Assembly (NCBI GenBank): GCA_049974845.1
Contig: JBNGCP010000010.1
Coordinates: 13,792 to 77,791, forward strand
Source: Anaerolineae bacterium
GTDB lineage: Bacteria; Chloroflexota; Anaerolineae; B4-G1; SLSP01
DNA: 64,000 nucleotides
Reading direction: 5' to 3'
Shown: piece after piece, positions 47,463-56,110 of the stretch
How the letters are laid out: each line of letters opens with the position of its first letter
Numbering within the stretch: the stretch's first letter is position 1
The notes under the pieces: model-generated
Told to the model about the DNA's origin: nothing
Databases searched by the model: none
The model's input: the letters and a program-made list of their open reading frames with translations, nothing else
Translations under genes and position numbers: made by a program

Positions 47463-47522
47463 GGAGCCTGCGGAGGCTCTCGTAGGCGGTGGTCTGCGCG
47501 AAACCCACAGCTCGGACAGAAC

Positions 47523-47562
47523 AAAAAGAACAGGGACCGTGTCTACATTCGGTCTCTGTCCC
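47523..47562 (-). terminator. intrinsic terminator after the 434-aa MFS gene
   Basis: The minus strand reads GGACAGAGACCG-aatgtagaca-CGGTCCCTGTTC (an imperfect stem) followed by TTTTT, about 25 nt after the stop at 47585. Confidence 0.5.
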
Positions 47563-47584
47563 GCGCCGTTGGCGGCGCCGTAGA

Positions 47585-48889
47585 CTAGGCGATCTCTGCC
47601 CGGGAGGTCAGAGAGGCTGCGTCGAGCCCACAAGGCTCCTCGGCCCGGCCTCGATAGTTGTCCTCGATCTGCATCACAGCGGGCGTGAGAAGCCCAATGA
47701 TGCTCATAACAATACAGACGACACCGCCGGCGACAAACCAGCTCGTGACCCCAAAGCGTTCGGCGACCGGGCCGGCGATGGCCATACCGAGGGGTGACAT
47801 CGCGCCAGCAGCGCTGCCGATCAGGGTGAACACTCGCCCCTGCATCTCCGGAGGGATCACCGACTGGAAGATCGCGTTAAGGGGTCCGTTGGTGATGGGA
47901 TTGGCGGCGCCGGACAGGAACAGCGCACCGAGCGCCAGCGCAAAGGCCGTCGGCGGTGCGATGCCGGCGACGATGGCGGCTATCCCCATCACGAAAAGGC
48001 CCATCTGCGTTGTTATGATCTTCCGCTTGAAGCCGCCCCATGCACTGAGAACCAGGCCGCCAACGACGAGGCCAATCCCCCAGGCCGAATTCATCCAGCC
48101 CAGCTCCAATGCGCCCTTGCCAAAGTGCTCTGTGACGAAGAGCGGTAGCAGGGAAAAGGCCGGATTGAGCATCAGGTTCACGACTGACGCCAGGATCATC
48201 AGGACCATGAGCCCGGGCCATCCCCACACGTACGTGAGGCCCTCTCGCATATCGCGCAAGATCGCGCCGAAGCCCTTGGCTGTTTCTGTGTCAATGTCGC
48301 GACGGACAGGCTGGGGGATGACGACAAAGAAAAGTGGACCGATGGCGAGCATGGCTGTGATTACGTCCATCAGCATCACGTCGTGTAACGGCAAGGCCGC
48401 GATCAACAGCGCGCCCAGCGGTGGTGAGATGATGTTCCAGATGCCGTGCACGGACTGGTTCATCCCTGCCACGCGCGCCAACTGGTCCTTCGGCACCATC
48501 AGGGAGGTGGAGGCCGACATCGCCGACCAGTGGAAGGTACCACCGAGGGCGCGCACCACCATGATGAGATAGACGTGCCCCATCTGGAGAGCGTTCGTCC
48601 AGAAAAGATAGGCCAGCCAGCCGGAAAAGATCGCGACGATCGTGTCCGCGACGAGCATCACGGTGCGGCGATGCCAACGGTCGATCAGCGCACCGACAAA
48701 GGGGCCTAGGACGATGCTGGGTAGCATCTGCAGCAGCGACAACGTGGCAAGTTTGGTCGCCGACCCTGTGGTCTCTGTCACCCACCAGATCAACGCAAAC
48801 CCGGCTAACATGCTGCCGAGCAGCGAAATCTGCTGCCCCACCCAAATTGTGAAGAATGGTCTCTTCCAGTTGTTGTCCTCGTTTACCAT
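47585..48889 (-). CDS. MFS transporter (DHA3/EntS-like efflux type)
   Basis: 434 aa with 12 TM helices and GALIDRWHRR, a motif typical of this MFS subfamily. GAGGAG SD. Confidence 0.85.
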   Translation of the reverse strand: MVNEDNNWKRPFFTIWVGQQISLLGSMLAGFALIWWVTETTGSATKLATLSLLQMLPSIVLGPFVGALIDRWHRRTVMLVADTIVAIFSGWLAYLFWTNALQMGHVYLIMVVRALGGTFHWSAMSASTSLMVPKDQLARVAGMNQSVHGIWNIISPPLGALLIAALPLHDVMLMDVITAMLAIGPLFFVVIPQPVRRDIDTETAKGFGAILRDMREGLTYVWGWPGLMVLMILASVVNLMLNPAFSLLPLFVTEHFGKGALELGWMNSAWGIGLVVGGLVLSAWGGFKRKIITTQMGLFVMGIAAIVAGIAPPTAFALALGALFLSGAANPITNGPLNAIFQSVIPPEMQGRVFTLIGSAAGAMSPLGMAIAGPVAERFGVTSWFVAGGVVCIVMSIIGLLTPAVMQIEDNYRGRAEEPCGLDAASLTSRAEIA

Positions 48890-48955
48890 ATCTCACTCCT
48901 CATGTCCAGACTGGCGAGTGTTTGTCCCACGGTCAAGAGCGCCAGTACCCTTTAG

Positions 48956-48984
48956 ATTATTAAACATAACTTTAAAATTGTCAA
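48956..48984 (-). promoter_or_regulatory. putative sigma70 promoter of the MFS efflux gene, in an AT-rich island
   Basis: The minus strand reads TTGACA (48984..48979), a 17-nt spacer, then AATAAT (48961..48956), about 65 nt upstream of the ATG at 48889. The local sequence is strongly AT-rich relative to the window. Confidence 0.45.
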
Positions 48985-49100
48985 GGGCTAGTTTAGATAA
49001 TACAAAAGGAAGAGACTGGTCGGCGAGGATCGGTTCTGAATTGGGGGGCAAAACTAGGGAGCGTCGGATCGCTCGGGACGAGGGGTGGGCGCGAACTCCC

Positions 49101-49643
49101 CTAAGGGTGATTGCTCAGGTCTATCCAATAGCGTGACACCGGTTTGCCCGAGGTGTCGGAGATCACCTCATCCTGAAACTCGCCCCCGTTCTTCTGGATG
49201 ACCCGTGCGGAGGCGATATTGTCGGTGTCGCAGGTGACGAGCACGCGATCCAGCCCCAACTCCCGAGCCTTCTCCAGGCCCAGGGCCAGCTGGCGCGTGC
49301 CGTAGCCTTGCCCACGACGCGAGGGCGTGATGCTATATCCGATGTGTCCCCCCTCCCGCTCAAGGGCAGGCGTCAGCCAGTGGCGCAGCTGGAGGGTGCC
49401 GATGATCAATGGCGCACCGGGCTCGACCAACCAAAAGGAGGTTTGGGGGACCCATCCGGGCCGCAGACCAATGCCCTTCGCCACCTCCCGGAGACGCCGG
49501 ACGTATGGCTTGAAGTCGGCCTTCGTCGTGATGTCCAGATAGTCGTAGCGCGCCTCGCCCGCCTGCCGGTAATCCTTCAGCATGGCCAAGAAGCGCTCAT
49601 AGTAACGATAGGCAGGTTCCTCAAGTCGCAGGTTAGAGTTCAT
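49101..49643 (-). CDS. GNAT-family N-acetyltransferase
   Basis: 180 aa with the acetyl-CoA motif RRGQGYGTRQL. Confidence 0.8.
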   Translation of the reverse strand: MNSNLRLEEPAYRYYERFLAMLKDYRQAGEARYDYLDITTKADFKPYVRRLREVAKGIGLRPGWVPQTSFWLVEPGAPLIIGTLQLRHWLTPALEREGGHIGYSITPSRRGQGYGTRQLALGLEKARELGLDRVLVTCDTDNIASARVIQKNGGEFQDEVISDTSGKPVSRYWIDLSNHP

Positions 49644-49687
49644 CGGTTACCTCAAGCGATAGGGTGTGCGGTGCACCTCAATCGAGC

Positions 49688-50827
49688 CTACTTCGCATCG
49701 GGCCAAGCGTTACCGCCCGTGTACCGCGCCACGGCCTCGAGGTCCAACTCGATACCAAGCCCGGGTGCGTCGGGCACCGGCAGCATGCCGTCCTCGTCGA
49801 CCTGCCATCCGCCCGTCACCAGCTCGTCGACGTAAGGCGAGCCGGTCAGGTATTCGACGAGATCGGTCTCGGGCAGGGCCGAGGCCAGGTGCAGATCCGC
49901 GGCAAGCCCAATCGCGGTGTTCCAACCGTGGGGAATGAGCCGCACGCCATAGTCCGATGCCATCCAGCCAATCCGCCGTGACTCTGAGAGCCCGCCGACC
50001 TTCGTCGCATCGGGCTGCACGATGTCAAAGGCCCCTGCCCGCAGCCACGGCAGAAAGGTCTGTCGTCGCGTCAACACCTCACCCCCGGCGATCGGCACCG
50101 ACGCGTGCTGTCGCAGCAGGACGTAGTCGTCCTGCGCATCGGGCTTGAGGGGCTCCTCAAACCAGGTGACGTCGTAATCGGCGAGCATCCGGGCCGTCCG
50201 CAGCGCCCACTTATAGCCGTGAGGCCAGAAGGCATCGCTCCCACCGGCGTCGACCATCAGGAGCGCGTCTGGCCCGATGGCGTCACGTGCAGCGCGCACG
50301 ATCTTTTCGTCCATTATGTGAGAGGCCCTGCCAAAGGGCCCCCAGCCCATTTTGAAGGCCCGAAAACCCTGGGCCTCCAGCATCAGAAGATGGTCGACGA
50401 GAGGATCTGGCTCCTCCATCAGCAGCGAAGCATACGGCCTGACCCGCGTCCGGTAGCGTCCTCCGAGCAGGCGTCCCACCGGTTGCCCAGTGGCCTTCCC
50501 GAGAATATCCCACAGCGCGATGTCGATGCCACTGATGGTGTGGGTGAGAGTGCCACCGCGCCCCATCCAGAACATATGCTGACGCAGCTTCTCGGTGACC
50601 CGCTCGGGCTCGAGGGCGTTCTCGCTGACGTAGAGGGGCTCCAAGACTTGCAGGGCGCCCTGCACCAGCGCGTCGTTGGTATAGACGCTGCCGTAGCCGA
50701 CGACGTCCTCGTCGGTGAGGACGGCGACTAACGTGTAGACGCAGTCCTCCTCCTTGATCTCATCGGACCACCCACCCTCCGGTGTCTGGCCCCGCAGCCC
50801 AACGGCGCGGATCTCACGGATCTTCAT
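49688..50827 (-). CDS. enolase-superfamily (mandelate racemase/muconate lactonizing enzyme family) acid-sugar dehydratase-like protein
   Basis: 379 aa. N-terminal capping domain, FKMGWGP, MVDAGGS, FEEPL, and D/E metal ligands at the expected spacing. Confidence 0.85.
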   Translation of the reverse strand: MKIREIRAVGLRGQTPEGGWSDEIKEEDCVYTLVAVLTDEDVVGYGSVYTNDALVQGALQVLEPLYVSENALEPERVTEKLRQHMFWMGRGGTLTHTISGIDIALWDILGKATGQPVGRLLGGRYRTRVRPYASLLMEEPDPLVDHLLMLEAQGFRAFKMGWGPFGRASHIMDEKIVRAARDAIGPDALLMVDAGGSDAFWPHGYKWALRTARMLADYDVTWFEEPLKPDAQDDYVLLRQHASVPIAGGEVLTRRQTFLPWLRAGAFDIVQPDATKVGGLSESRRIGWMASDYGVRLIPHGWNTAIGLAADLHLASALPETDLVEYLTGSPYVDELVTGGWQVDEDGMLPVPDAPGLGIELDLEAVARYTGGNAWPDAK

Positions 50828-50872
50828 AGCTTCACGCGTCTATCCAAGCCCTCAGCACGCCCATCCATACGC

Positions 50873-51139
50873 CTATCCACCCTCGATCGCCGGCAGGAAG
50901 CGGATCACGCTCTTCTCCCCCACTGGCTGAAAGAGCCCAAGGCGCGACAGCTTACCATCGACCGAGACGACAATTGTCGAGGCGAGCTCGTCGCCCTCAC
51001 AGAGCCGCTCCTCAATCCCCGGATAGCGCCTCTCCAACGCTTCCAGCAGGTCCCGGACCGTCCGCCCCGGCACCTCGACCTGCGCACGACCTCCGGTCAG
51101 ATCCCGCATCAGAGACGGCACCACCACCGTGGCCATCAT
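50873..51139 (-). CDS. MoaD/ThiS-family ubiquitin-like small protein ending in Gly-Gly
   Basis: 88 aa with a beta-grasp-like sequence and a C-terminal AIEGG. Confidence 0.7.
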   Translation of the reverse strand: MMATVVVPSLMRDLTGGRAQVEVPGRTVRDLLEALERRYPGIEERLCEGDELASTIVVSVDGKLSRLGLFQPVGEKSVIRFLPAIEGG

Positions 51140-51161
51140 TCACCCCTCAGCCACTCAGCAC

Positions 51162-53426
51162 CTATATAACCCCCAGCGCCTCCAGAATCCGCGCTGGCGT
51201 CATGGGCAGGTCATCGACGCGGGCCCCTACCGCTTGGTAGATCGCCGCGGCGATTGCCGCGGGCGGCGGCATGATCGGGGTCTCCCCTACGCCGCGCGCC
51301 CCGAAGGGGTGGCCCGGATATGGGACCTCCACGATCACCGTCTCGATTGCGGGCACATCCAACGCCGTAGGGATCTTGTAGTCCAAGAGGTTGGGGTTGC
51401 GCAATTGCCCGTTCGTGTCGTAGTCATAGCCCTCGTAGAGCGCCCAACCAATCCCCTGGGTTGCACCGCCCTGCATCTGCCCCTCGACCTGCGTCGGGTT
51501 GATCGCTTTGCCGACATCCTGAACGACAGTATACCGCAGGAGGGTCACCTTGCCGGTCTCGGGATCGACCTCCACGTCGATGATGTGCGTCCCGAAGGAG
51601 GTGCCCCAATCGCCCACGTCCACGTTCGCCACGCCGATCACGGTGTTGCCGGTCTGCGGCAGGAGGGCAGCGAGCTCCTCAAAGCCCAGCGCCTTCTCGG
51701 GATCTTCGGAGGTGCGGAAGGTCCCTTTCTCGAAGACAACGGATGCCGCGGGCACCTCCCAGATCTGCGCGGCGCGCCTGGCCATCTTGTCGATCACGTC
51801 CCGAGCTGCCTCGACCGCCGCAAGGCCGGTTGCCACGGTCGTCCGGCTGCCGGCGCTGACGTCCGAATAGCCGATGGTGTCGGTGTCGCCTACGCTTGCC
51901 TTGACCTTCTCGAGCGGGAGTCCCAGCGCCTCTGCCGCTTGCATCGCGATGCTGGTCCGCGTCCCGGTGATGTCCACAGATCCCATGACCAGCGCAACGG
52001 TGCCATCGGGGTTGACGGTGATGGTGACGCTCGACCGCGCACCCCAGTTGCCCCAAAATGCGTGCGCGACGCCACGTCCGCAGTACGGCTTGTCGAGGGG
52101 CGCTTTGTAGTGAGCGCTCGCCCGGGCTGCCTTCAGCACCTCGAGGGCCCCGATGTCGTGATGCACCGACCCGTCGATCGTCTCCGATCCCTCTCTGACA
52201 CTGTTACGCAGCCGGAAGTCGAGGGGATCGATGCCTAGCCGCTCCGCCAGATCGTTGACGACCTGCTCGGCTGCGAAGCAGGCCGGCGTCGCCCCCGGCG
52301 CGCGATAGGAGTCGACCTTGGGCTTGTTGACCACGACGTCGTATCCCTCGATCCGACCATGGGGGATATCGTAAGGCGCGAACATCACGTGCGCGCCAGA
52401 GCCCACCGGGGACGTTGGATACGCCCCCGCTTCATAGATCAGCGTGGCATCAGCGACTGTGATGCGCCCCTCCCGCGTGGCGCCCATCTTCACGCGGATA
52501 TACGTCCCGGGCGTCGGTCCGGTGCCGACGAACGTCTCCGGGCGACTCATCACGACCTTTACCGGTCTACGTGCTTTCCTCGCCAGTAGCGCCGCCACGC
52601 CGTCGACGAAGCTGCTGTTCTTGCCCCCGAAGGCGCCGCCGACCTCCATCGGGATGACCCGGATCTTGGACATCGGCAGCTTCAGCAGGCGTGCAAGATG
52701 ATCGCGCACGGCAAATGAGCCTTGGGTCGTGGCATAGACTGTCAGCGCACCGCCCTCCGTCCAGACCGCCGTCGAGGCGTGGGGCTCGAGGTATCCTTGA
52801 TGCACCATTCGGCTGGTGAACTGCCGCTCCACGATCACATCGGCCTGCGCAAAGCCCGCCTGTGGATCGCCTTTGACCTGCTCGAAGTGCCAGGAGACGT
52901 TGGTGGAGCCCTCGCCGGAGCCGGCCAGGGAGCGCGTGCGGAGGCAGGGATGCAGCACCGGTGCATCGGCGCTCATCGCTTCCCGTGCGTCAATCACCGG
53001 GGGCAGAATCTCATACTCGACGTCGATCAGGGCCAGGGCCTGCTCAGCGATGGCCTCTGTGCGAGCCGCCACGGCCGCGAGGGGATGGCCTACAAAGAGG
53101 ACCTTGTCACTGGCCAGGACGTGATCGCGAAAGTACTTCTCGTCCATGGCTTCCTCGCCCGAGCCATTGGGCTCGGGCAGATCCGCGGCGGTCACCAGCG
53201 CATAGACGCCCGGCAGCGACGCCGCACGGCTCGTGTCCAGCGACCGGATGCGGGCGTGGGCGTGTGGACTGCGCAACACCTTCCCAATAAGCAGGCCGGG
53301 CAGATGGACGTCGGTCGCGTACTGTGCCCGCCCAACCACCTTTTCCGCTGCATCGACGCGAGACTCGCGAGCGCCCACGACGGAGAGGGTTTCGAGTAGG
53401 CCCTCGGTCTTCTTCTCACTGCTCAT
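51162..53426 (-). CDS. xanthine dehydrogenase family molybdopterin-binding large subunit (CoxL-like, non-CODH type)
   Basis: 754 aa with GKVLRSPHAHARIRSLD, GGAFGGKNS and GARGVGETPI. The CODH-specific VAYRCSFR loop is absent. Confidence 0.9.
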   Translation of the reverse strand: MSSEKKTEGLLETLSVVGARESRVDAAEKVVGRAQYATDVHLPGLLIGKVLRSPHAHARIRSLDTSRAASLPGVYALVTAADLPEPNGSGEEAMDEKYFRDHVLASDKVLFVGHPLAAVAARTEAIAEQALALIDVEYEILPPVIDAREAMSADAPVLHPCLRTRSLAGSGEGSTNVSWHFEQVKGDPQAGFAQADVIVERQFTSRMVHQGYLEPHASTAVWTEGGALTVYATTQGSFAVRDHLARLLKLPMSKIRVIPMEVGGAFGGKNSSFVDGVAALLARKARRPVKVVMSRPETFVGTGPTPGTYIRVKMGATREGRITVADATLIYEAGAYPTSPVGSGAHVMFAPYDIPHGRIEGYDVVVNKPKVDSYRAPGATPACFAAEQVVNDLAERLGIDPLDFRLRNSVREGSETIDGSVHHDIGALEVLKAARASAHYKAPLDKPYCGRGVAHAFWGNWGARSSVTITVNPDGTVALVMGSVDITGTRTSIAMQAAEALGLPLEKVKASVGDTDTIGYSDVSAGSRTTVATGLAAVEAARDVIDKMARRAAQIWEVPAASVVFEKGTFRTSEDPEKALGFEELAALLPQTGNTVIGVANVDVGDWGTSFGTHIIDVEVDPETGKVTLLRYTVVQDVGKAINPTQVEGQMQGGATQGIGWALYEGYDYDTNGQLRNPNLLDYKIPTALDVPAIETVIVEVPYPGHPFGARGVGETPIMPPPAAIAAAIYQAVGARVDDLPMTPARILEALGVI

Positions 53427-53435
53427 TGCGCCCTC

Positions 53436-53912
53436 CTATTCAACCATCCGTCGCGCCGCAGCCTGAACGGCGCGCACGATCTTGTCATAGCCAGTACAGC
53501 GGCAGAGATTCCCAGCCAACCAATCCCGGATCTCCATCTCGGTCGGATCGGGATTCACGTCGAGCAGCGCCTTGGCGGCGATCAGCATCCCGGGCGTGCA
53601 ATAACCGCACTGCAGCGCATCCTCGGCGATAAAGGCCTTCTGCAGTGGGTGCAGTCCATTCCAATCGGCCAATCCCTCGACGGTGGTGACCTCGCGACCG
53701 TCGATTTCCACACCCAGCACGAGGCAGGAGTTTACCAACCGCCCATCCAGCAACACGCTGCACGCCCCACAGTTCCCGTCGTTGCAGCCCTCCTTGGCGC
53801 CGGTGAGCCCCAAGATATCGCGCAGGCACGTCAACAGGCTCTCGTACGGCTCGCACAGGAACTCGACCGGCTCTCCGTTCACCGTCGCAGAGACAAACTG
53901 CTTCTCCGCCAT
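53436..53912 (-). CDS. (2Fe-2S)-binding small subunit (CoxS-like)
   Basis: The ATG at 53912 follows GGAGGAGG plus 7 nt. All eight Cys ligands are present (CNDGNCGAC...C; CGYC...CRC). Confidence 0.9.
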   Translation of the reverse strand: MAEKQFVSATVNGEPVEFLCEPYESLLTCLRDILGLTGAKEGCNDGNCGACSVLLDGRLVNSCLVLGVEIDGREVTTVEGLADWNGLHPLQKAFIAEDALQCGYCTPGMLIAAKALLDVNPDPTEMEIRDWLAGNLCRCTGYDKIVRAVQAAARRMVE

Positions 53913-53914
53913 CT

Positions 53915-54805
53915 CTAGACCTCCTCCATTTCCCACGCCCGGGCGCGCTCGACGGCCCCAGCAAGCGCGCGTTTGACCAGCACTTCCACCAGGTGGCGCC
54001 GCTGGGCGGCGGTCCCCCGCGTGTCATCGATGGGCCTGGCTGCCTCCCGCGCCGCTTGCGCCGCCGCGGCGAACAGGGCCTCCGTTAAGGGCTGTCCCAC
54101 GAGCACCTCCCGCGCCCCATCCACAAGCAGCGGCGTCGGGGCGACCGCGCCGAGGGCGATGCGGGCATCTACGACGGTCTCACCACTGGAATCGAGGGCG
54201 ATCCAGGCGCCCGCACCGGCTACGGCAATGTCCATCTCTCCGCGCGGGATGAAACGCAGATACCGAGCACCCGTTGCGGGCGTTGGCGGCGGGAAGTGGA
54301 AAGCGACGATGAGCTCGCCGCGTTGCTGCACCGTCTCTCCCGGCCCGGTGCAGAACTCCGATACCGGGACGCGCCGCCGACCACTGGGACCGGCAAGGAT
54401 CGCATCCGCTCCCAGCACCATCATTGCCACAATCGCGTCGCCGCTCGGTGCGGCGTTTCCAAGGTTGCCGCCCAGGGTCGCGCGTCCCTGTATCGCGGTG
54501 CCGCCGATGATCGAGGCGCCGTCCAGCAGCCCGGGATAGAGACGACGGACCACGGGCTGCTCGGACAGGACCGCGCACGTCACCGCGGCGCCGACCGTCA
54601 GCCCTTCCGCCGGGGCGTAGTCGATCAGTAGCATCTCCGGAATGCGTTTCACGTCGACGAGCAGATCGAGGTCGTGGCGCCCCCGCCGCAACTGCACAAG
54701 GATATCCGTGCCTCCCGCCAGCGGGCGGGCCTGCGGACCGTACTCGTCAAGAAGCGCGACCGCCTCCTCGACAGAGGTCGGGGCTTGGTATGTGAAAGGT
54801 TTCAT
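53915..54805 (-). CDS. FAD-binding medium subunit (CoxM-like)
   Basis: Starts at 54805 with MKPFTYQAPTSVEEAVALL...AGGTDILVQL. The 414-aa track ORF has an Arg-rich, non-homologous N-terminal extension. Confidence 0.85.
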   Translation of the reverse strand: MKPFTYQAPTSVEEAVALLDEYGPQARPLAGGTDILVQLRRGRHDLDLLVDVKRIPEMLLIDYAPAEGLTVGAAVTCAVLSEQPVVRRLYPGLLDGASIIGGTAIQGRATLGGNLGNAAPSGDAIVAMMVLGADAILAGPSGRRRVPVSEFCTGPGETVQQRGELIVAFHFPPPTPATGARYLRFIPRGEMDIAVAGAGAWIALDSSGETVVDARIALGAVAPTPLLVDGAREVLVGQPLTEALFAAAAQAAREAARPIDDTRGTAAQRRHLVEVLVKRALAGAVERARAWEMEEV

Positions 54806-54900
54806 ACGATGATAGCTCCCTTCATCATCACGTTGTCCAGAACATCTCAGTAAGTTGCCAGATGTGCTCAGCAGCAAATGGCGGGTTCCAGAAGGCGCTA

Positions 54901-55239
54901 CTATCCTATACCGAGAAGGTATCGTGCGCCAGCTACGACTCCCATCCCAACCAGCACCGATCCAAAGAGGCCGCGGGTTCTCCACGCGACGACAAAGGTG
55001 GGGAGGGCTGCAAGCAGAAAGAGATTGTCGGGCGCAAGGACGAGTTCCCCTTCGGTCAGGACCAAAGAGGGGAGAAGCATCGCGGCGAGGACGGCCACCG
55101 GCACATACCGGAGCCAGGCGACGACGATTCGTGGCAGCGACCGCGAGGCGAAGAGCCAAAGCGGTAACACCCGGGGGAGATAGGTCACCACTGCCATGCC
55201 AACCATTGTGAGCAGTATCCGACGTTGATCTATCATCAT
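54901..55239 (-). CDS. azlD: AzlD-family branched-chain amino acid transport protein
   Basis: About 112 aa with 3-4 TM helices. The ATG at 55239 overlaps the azlC stop (ATGA). Confidence 0.75.
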   Translation of the reverse strand: MMIDQRRILLTMVGMAVVTYLPRVLPLWLFASRSLPRIVVAWLRYVPVAVLAAMLLPSLVLTEGELVLAPDNLFLLAALPTFVVAWRTRGLFGSVLVGMGVVAGARYLLGIG

Positions 55240-56042
55240 CCGGCGCGCTCCGTGGAAGGGTCGCCCTCGACCGATGGTCCGGGAGCCGCTGTGGCCTGTG
55301 GACGCTCGAGGGATTCCGAGGACCGACCGATCCAGCTTTCCAGCACGACGCCCAATGTGGCCCCCGCCACTGTCGCGACGATCACGCTCCAGCGTCCGAT
55401 GCCCCACATCGTCAGGCCGACGGCGAGCAGGCCGCTCAGCACGGCGAGCACGACCTCGATCCAGTCGTGGATCTGGATCACAAGCAGAGCGATGAACATG
55501 GCCGGTAGCGTGTAGTCCAACGCCAGCGGTTTCACATCGGCGATCAACCCACCGACGAGGGCGCCCAACAAAGAGCCTGCCACCCAGGAGACCTGCGCCG
55601 TCGCGTTTAGCGCGAGGACCTCCGCTTTGGGCGGGACACCTTGCGCGAACGTCGCGCTGTGCACGGCAAAGGACTCGTCGGTGAGCTCGTAGGCGAAAGC
55701 CGCCAGCTCAGGTTTTCGCCATCGTTTCAGGTAAGGGGAGAGGGCGGCCGAGAAGAGAAGATGACGGAGGTTCACCACAAAGGTGGTGATGATGATGGAA
55801 AGCGGGGGCGCAGCCGCGGCGAAGAGGCCTGTCGCGATGAGCTGCGCCGAGCCTGCATAGACGAGGACCGACATCGCCAGGGTGTTGAAGAGGCTGAGGC
55901 CCGCCTGCTTCGCCAGCACGCCGTAGGCGAAGCCGATGGGGATATAGCCCATGACGATAGGCGCGGCCCGAGTCACGCCCTGAAGCCACGCCGGTCGGTC
56001 TGCCGCAGAGGTCGCTAGAGAGGGTTTGCCCATAGCATCCAA
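55236..56042 (-). CDS. azlC: AzlC-family branched-chain amino acid permease
   Basis: Contains PIVMGYIPIGFAYGVLA and VYAGSAQL, which are typical AzlC. It has an unusual roughly 35-aa hydrophilic C-terminal tail. The start could be the ATG at 56033. Confidence 0.8.
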   Translation of the reverse strand: MDAMGKPSLATSAADRPAWLQGVTRAAPIVMGYIPIGFAYGVLAKQAGLSLFNTLAMSVLVYAGSAQLIATGLFAAAAPPLSIIITTFVVNLRHLLFSAALSPYLKRWRKPELAAFAYELTDESFAVHSATFAQGVPPKAEVLALNATAQVSWVAGSLLGALVGGLIADVKPLALDYTLPAMFIALLVIQIHDWIEVVLAVLSGLLAVGLTMWGIGRWSVIVATVAGATLGVVLESWIGRSSESLERPQATAAPGPSVEGDPSTERAG

Positions 56043-56110
56043 GTCTATCCCATTGCCGGGAGTAGTGAAGATTTAGCCCCTGTCGTATGGCGGCCCCGAG
56101 ATCTGCGCAT

